Assembly (NCBI GenBank): GCA_046290225.1
Contig: JBKAGE010000051.1
Location: forward strand, 12,636 to 76,635
Origin: Bradymonadia bacterium
Lineage (GTDB): Bacteria > Myxococcota_A > Bradymonadia > UBA7976 > UBA1532
Length of the DNA: 64,000 nucleotides
Direction: 5' to 3'
Each line of letters starts with the position of its first letter. The first letter of the stretch is position 1. The notes below the pieces were generated by a model. The model saw only the letters and a program-made list of their open reading frames with translations. It had not been told where the DNA came from and did no database searches. The position numbers were made by a program, and so were the translations under genes. Below, one piece after another: positions 60,015 through 64,000 of this stretch.

Positions 60015-61905
60015 TCCGCGCCGGGGCCCCACTCACCTGGGGGTCCTGTCCCTGGTGATGGCCGCCGTGTTCTCCCTCGCCCCCGATGCTCGTGGGCAAG
60101 AGCCTTACGATCTCGACATCAGTAATTTTCGCCCGGCGATGGACTCCAAGGGTCTCATCACCGTGGAGCGCTCAAAAGCCCTGGGCACCTTCGAGCCCAG
60201 CATCGGCTTGTTCCTCGACTACGCCTTTGGCCCGTTGCAGCAGCAGATCGGCGGCGACACCTACGAGCTCGTCGAGTCTTTCGGCACCGGTCGGTTCGTG
60301 CTCGCCCTGGGCTTGTTTCGGAACTACGTCGAGATCGGCGCCAGCCTGCCCGTGGTCATCGTGCGTGGTGACGCCGACGGCCCCGGCGATGAAGGGCAGC
60401 TGTCTGGCGATGGCCTCGGTGAGGCCCAGGTGGCCCTCAAGCTGAAGATCCTCGATCGAGACACCGCAGGCATCGGGGTGGCGTTGATCCCCGTGATCTA
60501 CTTGCCCACCGGTGAGGCCGACATCTTCGCCTCTCACGCCGGCACGCAGATCGCGCCGCGCCTCGCATTCGACTGGATGTTGGGGCAGCGCGTGTCGATG
60601 GCGGTGAACCTCGGTGCCCGCTTGCGGGAGCGACGGGCCATCGATCAGCCGGTGACCATCACCGACGACACAGGGGCCGCGCGTACGGTCGCTCGAGACG
60701 ACCCCTTCATCGTGGGCAACGAGGCCACCTACAGCGCCGGCATCGGCTTTTCGCTTCTGCCCAACCGCCTCGACTTCATCATCGAGGGGTATGGCGGTGT
60801 GCCCTTGGAGAGCGACGCCGAGCGGGCCATGCCCCTCGAAGCCCTCGCCGCCTTCAAGCTGTTCCTGGTGAACAACTCCTACCTGTCCATCGGTGCCACC
60901 CGAGGGCTGCTCGACAGCTATGGTGATCCGAATCCGGTGCGTGTCTTCGCTGGCATCGTCTTCGAGCCCGGGATCGGTGATCGAGACGGCGACGGTTTGC
61001 CCGACGACGTCGACCAGTGCCCTGATCAGCCTGAAGACAAGGATGGCTGGCAGGACGAAGACGGCTGCCCTGATCCCGACAATGACGGCGACGGCATCCT
61101 CGATGTGGTCGATCTGTGTCCGAACGAGAAAGAAGACTTCAACGGCTTTGAAGACAAAGACGGCTGCCCCGACGGCCGCCGAGATCGAGACGGCGACGGC
61201 ATCGAAGACAGTGTGGACAAGTGTCCGGACCAGCCCGAAGACAAAGACGGCTTCCAGGACGAAGACGGCTGCCCTGATCCCGACAATGACGGCGACGGCA
61301 TCCTCGACACTGTCGACCAGTGCCCGATGGAGGCTGAAGATCTCGACGGCTGGCAGGATGAAGATGGTTGTCCTGATCCCGACAACGACGGTGACGGCAT
61401 CCTCGACAACGTCGATCGTTGCCCGAACAAGCCCGAGAACTTCAACGGTATCGATGACGAAGATGGCTGCCCCGAGCCGCCCAAGAAGGTGGTCATCACC
61501 GGCGGGAAGCTGAACATTCTCGAGAAGGTCTACTTCGAGACCAACAAGGCGGTCATCCGACCCGAGTCGTACGACATCTTGAGCCAGGTGGCCGAGTCGT
61601 TACGGCAGAACCCCGAGATCACCCTCATCGAGATCCAGGGCCACACCGACTCGCGCGGTCGCGACAGCTACAACATGCGCCTGTCCAAGGAGCGCGCTGC
61701 AGCCGTCCTCGACTTCCTGGTGAGCCGCGAGGGCATCGACGCCAGCCGTCTGACCAGCCAGGGGTACGGCGAGACCCAGCCCATCGACACTGCAGAAAAC
61801 CGAGAAGCATGGGCCAAGAACCGCCGTGTGGAGTTCGTGATCAAAGAGGGCCCCGCTGACTTGATCGAGCAGCAGGACAATGGCCCACCCCCAGGTTTGG
61901 AGTAG
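60004..61905 (+). CDS. TraB-like protein: OM barrel + TSP3 repeats + OmpA domain
   Basis: NFRPA N-terminus; repeated DGCPDPDNDGDG; GHTDSRG, GYGE, NRRVEF. Start uncertain. Confidence 0.9.
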
Positions 61906-62089
61906 CTGAGCCGTTCCACACCGGAACATATCTGCATGTCATGTTTTTGGTGGTTCTGTCCTACATGTAGTACCGTGTCGCTTAATTGGCTAAGGCATTC
62001 GTCTGTCGGAGCCGACAAGAGTGACGAACTTCATTGTCCAGTGGGGCGATGTTGTTTATGTTGCGCGACCGATTTTTGGGGAGGAACTG

Positions 62090-63889
62090 ATGCTCCGTCG
62101 CACTTTGAGGGTTTGCCTCAGCGCCTTTGCGCTCTGTGCAGCCACGATGCCTGCCTTTGCTCAAGATGTGCAGAACTTCAAGCCGGCACTGGGCACTTGG
62201 AACTATCTGAGTGTCGAGGGTGGTCGAGTGGGGAACCACCTCGATTTCGTGCCCAGCTTGATCGTCAACTACGGGTACCAGCCCCTGGTCATCCGTGATG
62301 CTGACGACGAGATTCAGCGCACCATCATCGAGCACATGGTCACTGCTGATGCCATGTTGAGCTTGTCCCTCTGGGATCGAGTCGACATCGGTGTCGGTCT
62401 GCCTGTGAACTACGTCACGGGTGATGTGCTCAAGGACAATGGCAATGACGGCGTGGGGATCGGTGATCTCCGCATCTTGCCCAAGATTCGCCTCGCCGGG
62501 CCTCAAAAGGGGAAGGGGCTGGCGGTGGCCATCGCCCTGCCTGTGACGCTGCCCACGGGTGACACCGACAAGTTCGTGAGCGCCGATGGCGTCGTGGCGA
62601 ACCCCAAGTTGATCTTGGAAGGCCACACCTCGGCGATCCGCTTCGCTGTGAACGGTGGTATCCGGTTCCAGCCCAAGAACCAGGCTGAAGGCAACCTCGA
62701 GATCGGCAACGCTGTGACCTACGGCGCCGGTGTGGGCGTGCCCCTCGGCAGCCCCGACGTGGAGCTGCTCGGTGAAATCTACGGCTCCGCGCCCGTTGAA
62801 GATCTCAACGAGGATGCCCGGAGCAACCCCCTGGAGGGCTTGCTCGGCCTGCGCGTCTTCACGAACGCTGGTGCGGTGTTCACCCTCGGTGTGGGCTCGG
62901 GCATCGTGCCTGACTACGGCTCCCCGACGGTGCGCGTGATCGGTGGTCTGACCTGGCACCAGCGCACGGATGATCGTGACGGTGATGGCATCCTCGACGC
63001 CGACGACAAGTGCCCGGACAACCCGGAGGACAAGGACGGCTGGCAGGATGCTGACGGCTGTCCTGATCCCGACAACGACGAGGACGGCCTGCTCGACGTG
63101 AACGATCAGTGCCCCGACGATCCGGAAGATAAGGACGGCTGGCAGGATGAGGACGGTTGTCCTGATCCCGACAACGACGGTGACGGCATCCTTGATACGT
63201 CGGACCAGTGCCCGAACGAGAAGGAGACCTTCAACAACTGGGAAGACGCCGACGGCTGCCCCGATGGCGTGCCCGACACTGATGGCGATGGCCTGGTGGA
63301 TTCTGTGGACAAGTGCCCGAAGGATCCTGAAGACAAGGACGGCTTCCAGGACGAGGACGGCTGCCCTGATCCCGACAATGATCAGGATGGTGTGCTCGAC
63401 CCGGATGACGAGTGCCCGAACAAGAAGGAGACGATCAACGGCTTCAAGGACGAGGACGGCTGCCCGGACAAGGGTCCCTCGAAGGTGAAGATCACCCGTG
63501 ACCGCATCCTGATCTTGGAGAAGGTGTACTTCAAGACGGCGAAGGCTGACATCCAGTCCCGCAGCTACAACCTGCTCAACCAGGTGGCCCTGACCCTGAA
63601 GTCGGCACCCTTCATCAAGAAGATCCGGGTCGAGGGTCACACGGACTCCCGCGGTAAGGACAGCTACAACATGCGGCTGTCTCAAGAGCGCGCGGAGGCG
63701 GTGCGCAACTACCTCATCGCTCAGGGCGTAGAGGCTGACCGTCTGGAGGCGAAGGGCTTCGGTGAGACTCAGCCCATCGACAGCAACCGCACGAAGTCGG
63801 GCCGAGCCAACAACCGCCGCGTGGAGTTCGTGATCACGGATCAAGAGCTCCAAGACGAGGTGGTGGTCCCCGGCAGCACCCAGAAATAG
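62090..63889 (+). CDS. Second TraB-like protein: OM barrel + TSP3 repeats + OmpA domain
   Basis: ATG after GGAGG; signal peptide; NFKPA; TSP3 repeats; GHTDSRG, NRRVEF. Confidence 0.92.
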   Translation: MLRRTLRVCLSAFALCAATMPAFAQDVQNFKPALGTWNYLSVEGGRVGNHLDFVPSLIVNYGYQPLVIRDADDEIQRTIIEHMVTADAMLSLSLWDRVDIGVGLPVNYVTGDVLKDNGNDGVGIGDLRILPKIRLAGPQKGKGLAVAIALPVTLPTGDTDKFVSADGVVANPKLILEGHTSAIRFAVNGGIRFQPKNQAEGNLEIGNAVTYGAGVGVPLGSPDVELLGEIYGSAPVEDLNEDARSNPLEGLLGLRVFTNAGAVFTLGVGSGIVPDYGSPTVRVIGGLTWHQRTDDRDGDGILDADDKCPDNPEDKDGWQDADGCPDPDNDEDGLLDVNDQCPDDPEDKDGWQDEDGCPDPDNDGDGILDTSDQCPNEKETFNNWEDADGCPDGVPDTDGDGLVDSVDKCPKDPEDKDGFQDEDGCPDPDNDQDGVLDPDDECPNKKETINGFKDEDGCPDKGPSKVKITRDRILILEKVYFKTAKADIQSRSYNLLNQVALTLKSAPFIKKIRVEGHTDSRGKDSYNMRLSQERAEAVRNYLIAQGVEADRLEAKGFGETQPIDSNRTKSGRANNRRVEFVITDQELQDEVVVPGSTQK

Positions 63890-64000
63890 AGTGCTCCGAC
63901 GCTCCGGTACGTCAGGCCAAGCCTGTTTGAACATGTCAGATGAAAGGTGCTGACCATGTGAATTGCTCGTTCGACATGTAGACCGCCAGGCTGTGGACGA

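Overview
High-GC bacterial window that looks myxobacterial (Myxococcota-like). This is inferred from a MYXO-CTERM-like tail, a myxococcal Cys-rich repeat, many lipoproteins and TraB-like barrel-TSP3-OmpA proteins. Core content: rtcB; a de novo purine gene set split into two blocks (purQ-purA, and purB-purC-purF-purD/purM fusion-purN-purH) separated by about 10 kb of accessory genes; a sigma54-type activator; a FitAB/VapBC toxin-antitoxin pair; mfd; a FadL-like porin; a murI-ftsE-ftsX-envC-S41 protease cluster; a double-FHA/TPR protein; and two tandem TraB-like OmpA proteins. Three things stand out. (1) Three paralogous secreted proteins are built on very long left-handed beta-helix hexapeptide stalks, with optional TSP3 feet and optional fibrinogen-like heads whose C-termini differ (a ficolin-like design). 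(2) Three ~160-nt intergenic rod-like hairpins diverge in sequence but share structure, G.T pairing on one strand, and an apical CCGCAG-stem-loop-CGAGGA motif. (3) A (CGGGCA)5 G-quadruplex-type motif with matching flanks lies about 70 bp upstream of two unrelated genes. All calls come from reading the sequence and recalling motifs; no database searches or folding programs were run.
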